DNA of 63,802 nucleotides, counting the filler, from Bigelowiella natans CCMP2755 (Eukaryota; Protista; Cercozoa): assembly GCA_000320545.1 (NCBI GenBank). It is 3 parts of 3 records of this genome, joined end to end, with 100 filler letters (N's around TTAATTAATTAA, not from the genome) between each part and the next. Parts side by side here need not be neighbours in the genome. Positions count along the whole stretch, not along the records: positions 1 to 30,335 come from ADNK01003271.1; 2 more parts are not named here. One strand, written 5' to 3'. Positions within the stretch are counted from its first letter, which is position 1. Each line of letters opens with the position of its first letter. Position numbers and translations under genes: made by a program. Positions 11,742 through 26,224 of the stretch are shown here, piece after piece. The notes below the pieces were generated by a model, which worked only from the letters and a program-made list of their open reading frames with translations, was not told where the DNA came from and ran no database searches.

Positions 11742-12995
11742 TATTGCCATTTCATCGTTGCGACGTGCACATTTCTTTGTCGTATGTGAAAACATAAACC
11801 ACCAGAACTAGCAACCAACGAAGAGAAAATGAGGTCCATCGCTCTGCTTGCTGCTGCAAGGCTACTGAAGGCAGCAGTGGAGACCTCCTCCTGCCAGTCC
11901 AGCAGTGCCGCGCCTGTTGATGGAACATGTTCGAATGTAGCTACTGGTGGAGAATCTGGCGACCAACCTGAGAGGGTTGTCATTAGGGGTGATAATGCTG
12001 CAGCCTCAGACTCGGTAAAAAAATCGCATCGCTCTTCCTCCTGTTAACATTGACCGTTCAAGCATTTAATCAGCGACCTATAGTAATGAAATTTAATTAT
12101 GATGTCCAGCGAATACTGTTTTTAAACAACATATTGTTTTAGCTTCTTCTGTTAATTTGGAAGGGATGGGGGGGTGTCGGAGAGATTGATAATAACCCTT
12201 ATGCCATCTTCCACTTAGACCGCATTACAGCAACAACCACGTTTGATCTAGAATTTACATTGATTTTAACAAATCTATGTGTATATGGCAGGTAATTGCA
12301 ACATCTTCCTCTTTAGCTTCAGACATCGCAGATTCGAGCGTGTTGCTCGCCTCCTCCAAAGCACTTTGGTGGTGGCAAAGTCCTTGGTTTAGATTAGTCC
12401 TGGCTCTTCTCATGGTGTTTTCCTGTGTTTTCGCTTATTCTCGGTGGAACAACTCAAGGTGTCTGCTTTGGTTCATATTTATTATCATCCGAACACCATA
12501 AATATAAGGGAGATAATCATCACCATAATTACTCGGAAGATAATCGACTGTAGAAATTATTCAAAGCAAATGGGACTGTTATTCCTCTTTTTACTCTACT
12601 ATCGTTTTAGGGAAGAAGACGAGCCGAGCGCTATTGTAGCAAAACCAAGCAGAGGTCAACAAAAACAAAAGAAAAAGAGTGAAAATGACTATGACACTAC
12701 CGAAATAAATCTCATATATGTAGGAAGAATAGCCCTACCACGAACAGCACTTCCCCTCCATAGTCTTTGAATAATCAGTGCCCTCTGCACCATGTGTCAA
12801 CCGATTTATCTTCCTCCTTGATTTTTCTAATCTTTGACTTTTTAAAGTTCTCTCTTATGCGTACAATTTTTTAGAGTTTCTCGCACATATCTATGTGCGT
12901 GCCTTCCATTGCGATTTGTTTCGCCCATAGATTCTTCTTTTTTGTTTGTATTCAGAAAGCCTCCCTCTTTTGATGTTTATTTCGCAAAAAGCCCT
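11741..12995 (-). pseudogene. Decayed multi-exon gene with an IQ-like motif
   Basis: AG-bounded exon-like blocks: GFLRNKHQKREAF*IQTKKKNLW..., ALIIQRLWRGSAVR (IQxxxRGxxxR), HLELFHRE*AKTQENTMRRAR...LEEASNTLESAMSEAKEE and EEERCDFFTESEAAALSPLM... Several in-frame stops are present. Confidence 0.4.
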
Positions 12996-14976
12996 GCAGA
13001 AAGCAAATCAGGTCGTCATGATATGTATGTGTTTTTTCGTCGGGAAAGAAGGCGAATGGAGTTTTAGAGAGATAATGAATATATGTGTAGTAGTGTCAGT
13101 GTGGTTCAAATATGTAGTGTTGGGATTTCAATAGTACTAATAATAAGGCACCAGTCATTAGAGCAATTAGATTACTCATGTTGAAGAAGCTCGAAATGAT
13201 AATTGCATATACATGAACACCAGGGACTAGATTGGGCCATTATGGGGCTGAAGAAAGATGAAGATGGCGATGCAGCTCACGCGTTTCTGGGACCGTTCAC
13301 GTTTGCAAATAGTCGGCAAGATTCAAAAAATGCCAAGACATGACACACATGCAGAGGATAGAAGATCGAGATGATAACTATCAGGAGATAATGATGAACC
13401 AATACATCTATGCGTCCGTCCCATCAACACGCTAGTAGTCAGCATCGTGCAAGCTACTTGGCATGACTCTTACTTACTTACAGCGTCGTAAAATGAAATC
13501 TGAAATGGATCTAGACAATGCACACTCAAAGTGTGCTCTAGAACATATTTGCCACTTTTGCAAGAATATGCAACCTCATGGGCAACGGCTGTGCACTGGG
13601 TATCCTCTTTCACTCTCGTTTTGTGTGCTGAAAAAGAAATGAATGGAGGATCTATCACATATAATGCTATAATACTTAGTGTCATGATCTAAACCAAAAA
13701 AACACAACGACGTTTATTTGACGTACATATTACATGGATCGCACGCAATGCACATGGTCGCACCCTGTGTCACATGTTTTGATGACAAGCTCTTGCATGT
13801 ATGCATATGACATGTGCATCATGTCGTTTAGTTTTTCGGGCTAGCGTGCATCGCCGCACTTGCCAGTTGTGTCGAGCGTTCGCATCGAGTACATTCCCTA
13901 CGTACACCTGAACTACAACACTAGTACATGGTGTGTACGGGTATGGAGCGTTGCGTTTCGTATCGTTGTGCGAGCACGTACAAAGCAATGTAGTCGCGTC
14001 CGCATGTGCGTGCTATAGTCTGTCGCGATGACAAAGCCCAAGACACTAAGGACGCCAATGCACTAGAGACCCAGTCGGCGCTCTTGTTGTGGCAGTCGTC
14101 TGTGTCGTATGTTGTACGTAAAACGTACATGGTTAACTCCATGTGTAGGCACAAAATTCTCACAAACATTGCGTTGTCACACGTGCGCTACGTGTGTTCC
14201 ACGTGTTCGCATGCTAATCTAGCACAGTTCAAGCTAGAAAATGCAACTCAGTACGCTAGTACGCGCACACATGTGCACCGCCTTGCATGAACCAAAAGAA
14301 AAAACTTGTGCATCCAAACACAGATGTTGAAATGTGCAAATTGTGCGCCGATCGAGTGGTTGAGTAGCTAGCGAGCTTGCTTCATCGTTTCAAAACTAGA
14401 CAATGGTCATGTAATGTTGTGCAAAGTTGCATCATTTGCAAATGCAGAAGAAAACAGGGCTCTATAGTGCGTGTCATGCCCATCAAATTGATGTTGAGGC
14501 AAATTGCATGAGCTCTGCATTTACGATGAGGGAGTTGAGATTCAAAGAAGCTAGCTGGCTGGGGTTGTGAACTAGTTTATGTGCATTTGCTGCCACGCCT
14601 GCTAGGCACGTACCGTCCTGAGAAGTCCCGGGCACATGTGTGCAAATGCAAAGGATAAAATTGACAATTAAATGTGACACAACAAAGGGTATGTAGTAGA
14701 TGCCCGATGTATTTTTTACAACACGTTTTTTTATTAACGCTTATGGGGCAAAAGCACAGTGACGGCTGCTGGCATGGCTGCTGGCTGAATGAAGCTGCTA
14801 CCGCATACTAAAATTTCTGCAACATTGACATATGAACGCTTGCATTGCAGGATATTAGAGTGCTTTACAATTAAAAATAATGTCGTCACACAGTAGCAGT
14901 GTAGGCTTTAATTGTGCAGTAGGCTAATCCACTAATCGTCTACTAAATATAATATGCTACGAGCTTTAATATCTCC

Positions 14977-16659
14977 TCACTTCTCTGGAGCTGATGATTG
15001 CGTTATCTCCAAGGATGGTTGTTGAACCTCCTCCTCCACTGCCTCTTCCTTCTCTTCTTCTCGATTCATCTGCTCATCTAAATCATCTTCATCAGCGGCC
15101 TCCATATCAATATCGGCGTCGTCCTTTCCACCACCACCACCACCATTAGCCTCGCCATTCTTCTTGGTGGTGATGCTAGGAGCATCTGGATGTCCTGTAT
15201 TTGAGTAGTAGCAAAATGATGATGATGATGATCATTACCTACTACTATTATTATCATTATTATCATTATTCTTGTTATTAGTAGCTTCTAATTGAGTTGG
15301 TAGGTACTACTACTAGTAGTAATTATGCTGCAGTACATGGCTTCATCCAGTAGTAATACTAATGTATGTATGATTTCATGCCCACTCGAAAAGGCGCACA
15401 CGGATCCAAAAATATATGTAGTAGTAGTAGTAGTAGCAGTAGCAGTAGTATGGGTTTATATTATAAACTATTAATCAAACCCATCAGCTCACATTTTTGA
15501 AGTCATCGAGTACATCCATCCTCTCGCCCCTCCCATCCCCGGTATCATCTCCCATTATCATCATCATCATCATGATATGTTTTTAATGTACTAAGAGCAC
15601 CATTTCTAACTGGATCAAAATAAGGATGAGCGAGAGCCTCGGTCACAGTTAGTCGTTTCTTTTATTTATTAGAAAATAGTGAGAAGAAGAAGAAGAAACA
15701 AGAATGACAACGATTATGAAGAGATGAATAGATGATGGACGAAAAAATAAGCATCAAATGAATAAAGGGGGCACACACATCAATATGAAATTATAATGTT
15801 GATTTTGAACAATAGAGATATGATGGGAATTAAAAAGTACCAAGATTTCATTGGTGGTACTACCTTATGATCATATCTAAGACATTTATCAATCAAGTCA
15901 ATGGCCAGATCATTTGCCTGATAATGACAAGTGTGATCGGGGGGGGGGGGGAGAGGATATTATTAGCAATATGAAATGCGAGAACTATCAGCAGTGGTCA
16001 TGGGAAAATAATTCGAAATGTGAGTAAGTAGTGGGTGTGAAAAATGGGGCAAGAGAGGGAGGGAGGAAGGGAGAGAGAGAAGAGAGAAGTATGCATTTTT
16101 GTGCTGCTTTCTTCCATCCATATCATCGTTCTTAGTGGTTTGAAATTCATTATTATATTATTATTTATTATTATCATTATTATTATTATCATGATTGTCT
16201 GATGAATTCACTTACTTTTTCCTTATTGCCCTCGAATATGTACCTGCTCCAAGGCCTGACAGGATATGTGCCCATGATACTGAATGGGGAGGGGAGGAGG
16301 AGGGGAAAGAGAAGGTGGATAAACAGGTGTACAGATACCATCACATCCCAATAATATCAATCAGTCAAGTGGAAAAGTGGAGAAAGTGAAGGAAGAGGCA
16401 ATCATATTCATGATAGGCTCTCTCACCCATTGTACTCCTTGCGACATTAGCAAACAAGAAAATGGTATTATTCTCAAGATGACGAGTTGATCCTTATATT
16501 ATGATTATTTTCCTACCTACCTTTGAATTCTTGGATCGAGCTTCGTTTGGTACTTATCTAGGTAATTATACATCTCCTCTGTTCCGAGTACCTGTTTTTT
16601 GTAAAAAAGAAACATAAGAGTGGTAGTATTTCCCCTTATTCAAACATAAACAAACCACA

Positions 16660-16722
<63 letters not shown>

Positions 16723-16806
16723 TAAATAATTGTGCATCATATGCATATGCACTTGCCGATAATGTTGTTCTTGTTCTTGTGTTGTTGTTATAATTCCTTC
16801 ATCATT

Positions 16807-16837
<31 letters not shown>

Positions 16838-17061
16838 GCCATAGTCCCTCATTTAATAATAATATACACTGTATGGCCATAACTGTGCACTGTATTATCT
16901 AACAAAACATTGCTACTTCCAACTTGATGTTTTATTCCTATCGTGCAGCAGCAGCATATGATTACTACAATTAGAAGTAGTACTTTAGCTATCTTCTTCA
17001 TTTGATCGTAATTGTCTGCACCCGCAAAGAACGGCACCTGAATCAGATGAATGAAACACAC

Positions 17062-17098
<37 letters not shown>

Positions 17099-17102
17099 CT
17101 CG

Positions 17103-17139
<37 letters not shown>

Positions 17140-17434
17140 GTTATCTTGCTCTTCTTGTCCCCCTCAAGTGCATGCAGCAAATATGTTTCTGTCTAGAAAA
17201 GAAGACCGGCAGCTTGGCAGCACACGGGTGTTCTCCTCCCTCCCTCCCTCCCTCCCTCCCTCCCTCTCTCCCTTACACCCTTAGGTGTTGTTCTTGCCTA
17301 GTAAGCAAGCACCTTTTGAAAGACGAGGCTGGCAAGCACACAACCGAAGCTCCATATATCCAACGAGTAGTCATAGTCGCGGATGGCAGCAAGAAGCTCA
17401 GGACCCTTAATAATGATAATAATTATACATCAAT

Positions 17435-17469
<35 letters not shown>

Positions 17470-19053
17470 GGAATAATACGACAACGATGACGATGACGAC
17501 GACGACGATTAGTGGGCTATTAATATCAGTTGATGATTTCTCCTTTTTGCTAATCATTTGGTTCAATGTGTATCTTATTCTGTTTTAATCTTCTTCTTTC
17601 ATTTTGTGCCCCCCCCTTTTGGTAGTAGGAGCAGAAAACGAAGATAATACACCTTCTTATTCTGTTGTGATATATCATCATCATTATCATCATCCATCCT
17701 TTTAGTTGTTATTATTATACACAAAGTACTACTACTACGTACTAGTAGTATTAGTAGTACCTTGTAATGCCGAGAAGCAACCCTTGAGTTATACTCAGTT
17801 CCAGGATGATAGAACTCAGCTAGTCCAAAGTCGATAAGTCTTTCATCGTTCGTGTATGTACGTCGTCATATTAACAACATGAGTAAGAAGCAAGCAGATG
17901 ATATACTACTAGTAGATACTAGTCTTTTCATAAATGTGTTTTCTCCTTCCACCACAACCACAACGACACACATAATATACTTCAACTACCTACGACTATA
18001 ATGATGTTGATAGAAATATAATCTATGTCTAGTCCTTTGTTATGACGCAGTAGTGTATGTAGTGGCAGTAGTTATATAGCTGCACCTCAACTCCTTTGTC
18101 TCATGATTGATCACCATATTGTGAGGCTTTACATCTCTATAACGACAAGCAGCAGCAAGCAGAAAGATTAAGATATGTAGTAGAAAGATAGCCATGGTTA
18201 TTGGGAACAAATTTAAGGAGGAGGAAGAGGAGGAGGAGGACCCAGCAGCAGCGTATTGTTATGCTATTACGTAAAAGCCAATTGATCCATTCATTCATCC
18301 ATTCACCAAGATGGAAATTTGATACTACTACATATACTACTGACGTTATTTAAACATCATAATATACAAAATACAAACATATATATCCTCCTCACATCTC
18401 GACAATAATATAGTTTATACGTCGTGCATGGAAACATATATATCCTCACATCATCTCGACAATAATATAGTTTATACGTCGTGCATGGTGTGCTACATCA
18501 TCATATATAACATTAATATACATCATCGTGTCGTCTAATAGCCACCCACACCAATCATGATCTATATTTTTGATTGAATATCGATAATAATATTATCATT
18601 ATTATCATTATCACTATTATCGTTTTGTTACCTATGTATGATACCATTCTTATGGCAAAATCGTAAAGCAATGAGCAGCTGAAACATATAGTGCCTGACA
18701 TCGATATCCTTAAGTGTCGGAAAGAGCTGTTTCCAATCCGATGTGTTGACGTACTAAAAAACAATAACAAAGAACAACGATCACGATCAACAACGAGAAC
18801 AAGAGGAACAAGACACAGAACAATACAAAAACAACCGTGTATTACTGATGCTGCTGCTGCTACTACTACTTACTACTACTGCTACTAACACGAATGCTGC
18901 TGCTACTGCAGTTTGAGTATGCATATGTACAAGCACCATAGAAGAAGAAGAAGAAGAAGATGTACCAACGACAACAGTACGCACTACTAACGTACTACCA
19001 ACGACGATCAATAATGAGTGAATGAATGAATGAATGAATGAATGCCCGGCGGT

Positions 19054-19094
<41 letters not shown>

Positions 19095-20383
19095 TCTCTC
19101 TCTCTTCGTTGTTGTTATCTCCACTACGACGGCTTTCTCATCATCATCATCATCATCATTATCATTAGTATACTCTCAATAACTCTCAATATTAATCATG
19201 ATGAAGTAGTAGGAGGATATAGATGCAATGATGATCATACGTCAAATACGAAGGCGGGAAGAGAGACGCCGTCCTTAACGCATTCACGTAAAGTTACGAT
19301 ATTAGGTCCTGCATATACATCACACACAGCGTATTATTACAACACACATACGCACACACATAGAGGTATTATTATCATCATTATTTGTATGGTGTTGAGG
19401 ACCAACCCTTTTGAAGAGTAGAAAGAACTTTGTGTTCTCTTTGCAGTTTTGAATGCTGAACGGGCTTTAGGCACTGATGATGATGATGATGATGATCACA
19501 GCATTTTACTACATCATCAAACTAAACATCAATCTTTATATAATACATCTAGATAGTTCTTGATGTTTATGATGATGATTAGTAAAAAATGTTTGTCTTC
19601 CGTAACACCACTGTTCCGTCCCTTCCACCCCCCCCCCACCTTGATGACGACACGGTCTCCCGTTTTGGTGTGTGTTCCAAGAAATACTTCGGAAAACTTG
19701 CCACGTCCAAGTACCCTGTAGTAGGTTATTTAAACAATTATTGACCATCATCATCGTCATCATCATCATCATCATCGTAGTGGTAGTCTTGCTATTGTTG
19801 TTTTTTAAAATATCACTTCTCGATTTGGTAATCGGCCTTTGTCTCGTTCCATGGTATCTCGTGATTCTCGTAATTTGAATACCTAATATTAGTAAATAAG
19901 AAGGTGCAATATGAAGACGACGACAACGCTCAGAGGGAGGGACTTCAAGAGGAGAGAAGTCTTCCTCTTCTTGCCAACCAGGGAAACAACAGCAACAACT
20001 ACTTTATACTACAACATGTGTTTAGTAGAGAACATAATACTCTGGTGGTCAGAGTTCATTGACGTATGCATAAAACAATAGCAGCAACTACTTTATACTA
20101 CAACATGTGTTTAGTAGAACATAATACTCTGGTGGTCTGAGCTCATTGACGTATGCATAAATCTTCGACACACTCGCTTTCCGCTGCCCCCCTCCAGGCG
20201 TGCTGACGATGGTATCCTTCACTTTGTCCTAAGCAATATGAAGGTTGTTGACCAAAAGAGAAGAAGGAATGCAATCAGTCGTATTTCCTTTTATAGAATC
20301 CTTGTACAATTCCATGATGTATGAATTTATAGCAATTGTTGTGGTGTCAGACAGGCAGGGAGGCAGCACAATTGCCCATTATT

Positions 20384-20421
<38 letters not shown>

Positions 20422-21059
20422 ATCAAACCGGAAAAGAGAGAGAGAGAGTTGCTATAGGACTAATCCCATTATTACCTTAGCAATTTTTAGTCGCTCATGC
20501 TTGGAAAGCAGCTCGGAGCGTAGTAGTATGTTATTACGCCAACTACGTAGTGAATAGAGTAGAAGAAGAGGACGGGGAGGTAAGTAGCAGGATAAGATGC
20601 TTCAACTATTCTCAAAATAATTCGAGAGGTGGCCTGTGCACTTAATTTTGTATGTTCTTGTTTAGAAAACTTGCATGTAGAAGAGGGAACTGAATGTTTA
20701 TTTTTGTATGCATAGAATGAACTTGCATGCAGGTTGGGAATTGTTTTTATTCTGTTATGCGTATCTAATTTGTTTTTGCATCCATAGAATGAACTTGCAT
20801 GCAGGTTCGGGTTCGGAACTGTTTTTATTCTGTTATGCGTATCTAACAGGAAGGAATATAAACTTAAACAATTTCAAAGAATGATATAATTGTTTATGTT
20901 TCAATTTTTCTTCAGATTATACCAGGAGGTGGGTGTTTGCTGGCGGCGCGTCGAAGAAGAGGCCATTACGATGCCCAACACGGTCGCAATAGCAAAGAAT
21001 ATTGATAGACGCCCGCGGCGGAATCGTCTGGCGCATTTTCTGTTCGAAAATTCACGCAT
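14977..21059 (-). CDS. Casein kinase II alpha catalytic subunit with N-terminal targeting extension and acidic C-terminal tail
   Basis: Exons encode [38 protein letters not shown]...[54 protein letters not shown]...[34 protein letters not shown] and [12 protein letters not shown], all CK2 alpha signatures. The first two exons are less certain. Confidence 0.92.
19985..20161. repeat. About 88-bp tandem duplication of a CK2 exon 3' end plus donor site
   Basis: Two near-identical copies of caactactttatactacaacatgtgtttagtaga...actctggtggtc...cattgacgtatgcataaa. Confidence 0.85.
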
Positions 21060-22600
21060 TGCTGCACGCTTTTTTCAAGGAAAGCTGAGTCCAAGACTCA
21101 GTTCGTAGAGGGGGGAGCGAGGGTGCGCAGCAAGGAATGAGGTCGCTCTTTAGGCAGATTTATGCGTATGATATTTCCCAATGAAAACACCATCTTTTTT
21201 ACGATTAAACCCGATGTTCCTCGAATGGTAAAATGCACCCAATGTGCGAGGAAGTCATTTCACCATCAAGAAGTGAGGCAACTTTTGGGGATTTTTAATC
21301 AGAAAATATCGTAACAAATAAAATACTTATTTTGTGAGAATGTAAAAGCGAGAAATAAGAATAATGGAAATAATCATCATCTGAAGTTAAATATTTATGT
21401 CTGTAAAGTGTTGTCGCAGATGAAAAATGGCACATTCTCCTAATATCTTATGTTAATTATTCTCTCGTATACAAGATCATTTCTTTCTCTCATCTGAAGC
21501 ATGCCGATGGATTTCATGGCGGCATCCTAAATACGACGTCAGTCATCCAATGTAGAGGAGGTTTCACCTTTGATGAATTCGATCTAGACAATCCAACCCC
21601 TTGAGCTTAACTGGAACGATATTCAATGTGCATCGAAACTTCTCTCCTGTTCTTGGAGAGGGTTCTACTGAAGATCATGAAACACTCCCAGACTCCGATG
21701 AGAAAAACAACGGAGAAGTAGCAGGCCAACGGAACTCATTCTTAGGCGAAACTGGTACGCTTCGGAAATTTAATTTAGAGTTACTCGTGCAATTTCACTT
21801 ATTTCACGATGTGAATTTGGTGAGGTGAGCCTGAGAAGAATTCCATCACAGCCATTGCATCTGCGATGGTAGAGGTCCGGTCAGCGGATCACTACTGTCG
21901 ACTCAATTGCGACTACACCATGGAGTGTCAATTAAGCAACACATGTGTCTACGTTCCTAGCATGTAATTTAAAGCTGGCGTCGAACACAAAACCCATCTT
22001 CTTGTAGATCTTTCATTCATTGGCAATGATGCGCAGCATCCTCAACGCCTGATCAGACATGCAAATGTCTCAGCATGCAAAAGTGTGATCTTGTTGCAAT
22101 GTGATTGTGCCAACATGAGCAATGATGTACAGACATTACAACACTAGTATATCACAAACATAGATTAGCTTGCTAGTTGTGGTTGCGCACCATGCTAGCG
22201 CAAATGATTACAGTTGTTGCTCTGCTGCATGTGTTCATCGATCTGTGTGAGCATGGATAGAGCAGTATCGAGCAAGCGCTAAATGGCGAATTTATGCGCT
22301 TTCACTTACAATGTAATATATGGCTATTTTTAAAGCACACTCTAAATTGCGTCTCTCCTAATATCCAACGGGCCAGCATGCACTCAGCAGCACTGCAACT
22401 CTCGTTATGATCCCTCTTGCAGCATGTACTCAGTAGCAGGGAATACCAGTTATAATCCCCTTTGCAGCATGCAGTCAGTAGCACATGACCGTAACTCTCA
22501 TCATTATCATCATCATCATCATCATCATCATCATCTCTCTTTGTACAACGGTCTTATTATCCTAGACACAACGTGCTTACTAGTGAACGCTGTGCTATGA

Positions 22601-23642
22601 TTAATTGTGAGTGTTTTGTTGCCGATAATTAGCTTGAGAATCGTTCCACATGTAGTCGGCTTCTATTGAGCTGCTCCCAAAGAAAGATAGTTACACATCA
22701 AATATTTCAGACATAAAGACTACCACAAGCAGCATTAAAAAAAAAAGTAAACTTAACGTTCGGCACATTTATTGACTACTATGTATATGACGTAGGATCT
22801 TAAATGCAGCTCTTCAGACAAATAGCATTGATTCATAAAACAACATCAAGTATTGTCTGCATGAGTCCACACTTCGTTGTTCTTCTGTCGTGATGATAGT
22901 ATTTACAACTCTTCTTTATCTTCCTCTTTTTGTTCTTCTATACTGGCAAAACATTCTTTGACCTGCATTTTGGCATCGCAAAGAAACTTTTTTCGAGTCA
23001 ATATCTTCTTTATGTTTTCAGACCACGCTCCTTACAATTTTGATGGTGTCGTAGAAATTAAGAGTGAAGGAGGGAGGAGGGAGAGACAAAACAAGGAAAC
23101 GAGAGGACCTTTTATAATTATTTTGATTATAAAATAGAAGATGACACTACTACTACATCTAATAACACACCACTACACACGATGATATCGTAGCCATAAA
23201 GCTGTAACTCCCTCAAAATTCGGTCAGCTATTGCTGTGACATTACCAAGTAGAAGGAAGAAGAAGATGGTGATGAATCAGTAATAGTTGAAGAAACATAA
23301 AATGAAAATAAGAGAAAGTAATTACAATCTTCTGAGAAGAGAATAATTGAAAAGAGTAGAGAAATAAAAACTATGAAAACAAGATAACTCACATAGTATT
23401 AGGAATAGGAAGAGAAAGAACAAATTCGTCATTAATTTGTTATTATCCTCCCCATCTCATTAACTTCCTCCTCCTCCTCTCCTCATTTTCTTGCAATTGT
23501 TGACCAAGTATGAGAACAATCCATCACCTTCATTAAGTCTTTGCAGAGCAATGATAGAAATATCGCTGTAAGAGTGCATAGATGATGTTCCCCGACGACT
23601 CTGTTAAGTCATTTTATTTAAGAGGTGTTGTTTCACACGCAC

Positions 23643-23686
<44 letters not shown>

Positions 23687-24677
23687 ATACATGTAATGTA
23701 AATTCCCTCCTTACCGGGTAGTACGATTCTTCACCGGGAATACTGCAGCAGACGTCATTTTGGCGAATCAGTGCAGAGTTTGGGAGGAAGAAGTGCTGTT
23801 TAACGATGATAGAGAAATGCCAATGATGTGGATCATCATGAAAGATACCAAATACCCTCTTTTAAGTTTTCATTTCTGTCGTTCGTTTTATTATAAGTAG
23901 TAGTCGAGTCATAGTAGAGCTAGTGTTAACTACTATCCTCAAGTTAACTAATATCAATGATAAGGAAAGTGATACTAAAACAATAAATCTATTATTTGAT
24001 TTTTGTATTATTATTATTATCATATTTGTACATCATGCGGTCGCTGCTACCATTAAACAACATTAGCTACTACTACCATTAGATGAATATATCATCTCCA
24101 AAATAGGTAGGTTGCTGTTGTTTGTTGCTGTTATCGGACTGTGTGTTACCCTATTATACAACCTCATCTTTCTTCTTTCTATTCTCAGAAGCTCTCTGAT
24201 ACGATGAGGGACGGCGACAACTTTGACGGCGGCAGTTATTATCGATATAGTTGTCACTATACGGAATTCCAATTGAAATCCCTCTTTGAATCCTATTTGT
24301 TATCTGAAAAAGCACAACGAGTATAGGCATTAGTGTGAGTCCTGCTGTCATTTTGCTGCTGCTATCAAGATTGAATGGATGTGTAGTAGTGTGAATGCAT
24401 TGTTGATGTTTAATAATAGGGATGTGTCCAGGAGGCATTGATTTAACAATATGGAAGAAACAACAAAGTGGAACACTCACCCATTGAAACTTGGTGCTAT
24501 CTTGTTGATAATGGGCGATGCCTAATTGCGACGTATACGAAAAATATTAAAACACATTAAAACATTAAAACATAATATAAATGGTCGCACTACTAAAGTA
24601 GTCACCGACTGACGCCAATGTCACAATAACCTGTGTTCTCAAAGATAACATCTGTAGCGATCTGTAGCGATTCCAGC

Positions 24678-24727
<50 letters not shown>

Positions 24728-24785
24728 CAATTCACTTTATGCTATCTGGTATTTGCAGTATGTGTGAAGAAAGTGTAGTAGTAGC

Positions 24786-24816
<31 letters not shown>

Positions 24817-26085
24817 CCATTCTTTCATGATTATAAACCTCCTCATCTTCCTCCCCATTATCATCATTAAACTCATCACCATCATAACCATAACCACCAT
24901 AACACTCACATACATCGTATCAGTTCGCCTTAAAGACTAACATTATCATCATCATCATCATCATCATCTTACTTCCAGCTGGGGACTGTAATCCATCAAG
25001 TCACTTCCTACTGGGAAGATCATCACCTGTGAAAGAAATATATAAAACATGTAGAAAGGAGAAATTAAAGAAGGGTGAGAATGGTAATAATAATAATAAT
25101 GATGATGATGATGATGATGATGATGGTGCTGAATGGGAAATACGACTACCGCTACAACTACACACACACTTACACACACACACACACACACACACGCACA
25201 TACACACAACATTCAACACAGAAGATCTTATTTTACACCCAACATATCGACAGCATATCGACAACATATCGACAACATAAATAGAGTGAATTTGTGGAAG
25301 CAGCATACCCTTTCCCAGTATTTTCGTCTTGACTGGAAACTAATAACACTGATTGATTCGTTGTAAAGGAGTGAGTGAGTAAATTACTATGTGCACTACT
25401 CACAATAAATAGAAGAGTGCCGCAATGCATCAAGCATGAAGAAGCTGAAAGATTAAAGTAGTAAATGTATCTTTAATTCCTATCGTAACTCTTCTTTGTC
25501 TTGTTCGTATTGTGGGTTAATAGTACTATAAACCTCTCTGCAACAGTGCTTCCTGTTGTCTGTACCAGGACAGCGACTGAGTAGTATTGCGGAACAAAAA
25601 CAACAAAACAACAACAATAACAAGTCTAAAGGTGACGATGATCATGATGATCATCATCATGATCATGATCATGATCAACTGCTGCTACTACTGTCAATAA
25701 CAGCACATCATTTAAGATGATGTTGCGGAATATTACCTCTCTTGGCATTTGCTATAGTAGCATCCGAAGACGCGTACGGACCATACACATGGAAGAAATC
25801 CAAGCTGTTTTGGTGTGAAGGAAACTACTTTTAATGACTACAGACGACTACATACTACTACGACACTTGTGGATTGAGAAATGGTAATAATCAATGAAAA
25901 CATCGTTGTCGTACGGAAGTCTTAGCCATACTTCACCAGGAATTGACTGAGTTTATTAGGACACATCATTGATGCATGATTAGTAGCTAGTCAATATTCA
26001 GCATATCGTGTGTTCTTCTAACATCATCATCATCGTCATCATCAATTGTACGCACTATCTATCTCTCCCCCTCCTCTCCTGCGGC

Positions 26086-26124
<39 letters not shown>

Positions 26125-26177
26125 GAGAAAGGAGAAAATGTTGCCATACACGAGTACAAAACACACGTATTTGATGT

Positions 26178-26224
<47 letters not shown>

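Noticed and set aside
21207-21742. Possible small minus-strand gene (DAAMKSIGMLQMRERNDL; VASLLDGEMTSSHIG)
   Set aside because: Could not assemble a stop-free, phase-consistent model. It may be a real small gene or a relic.
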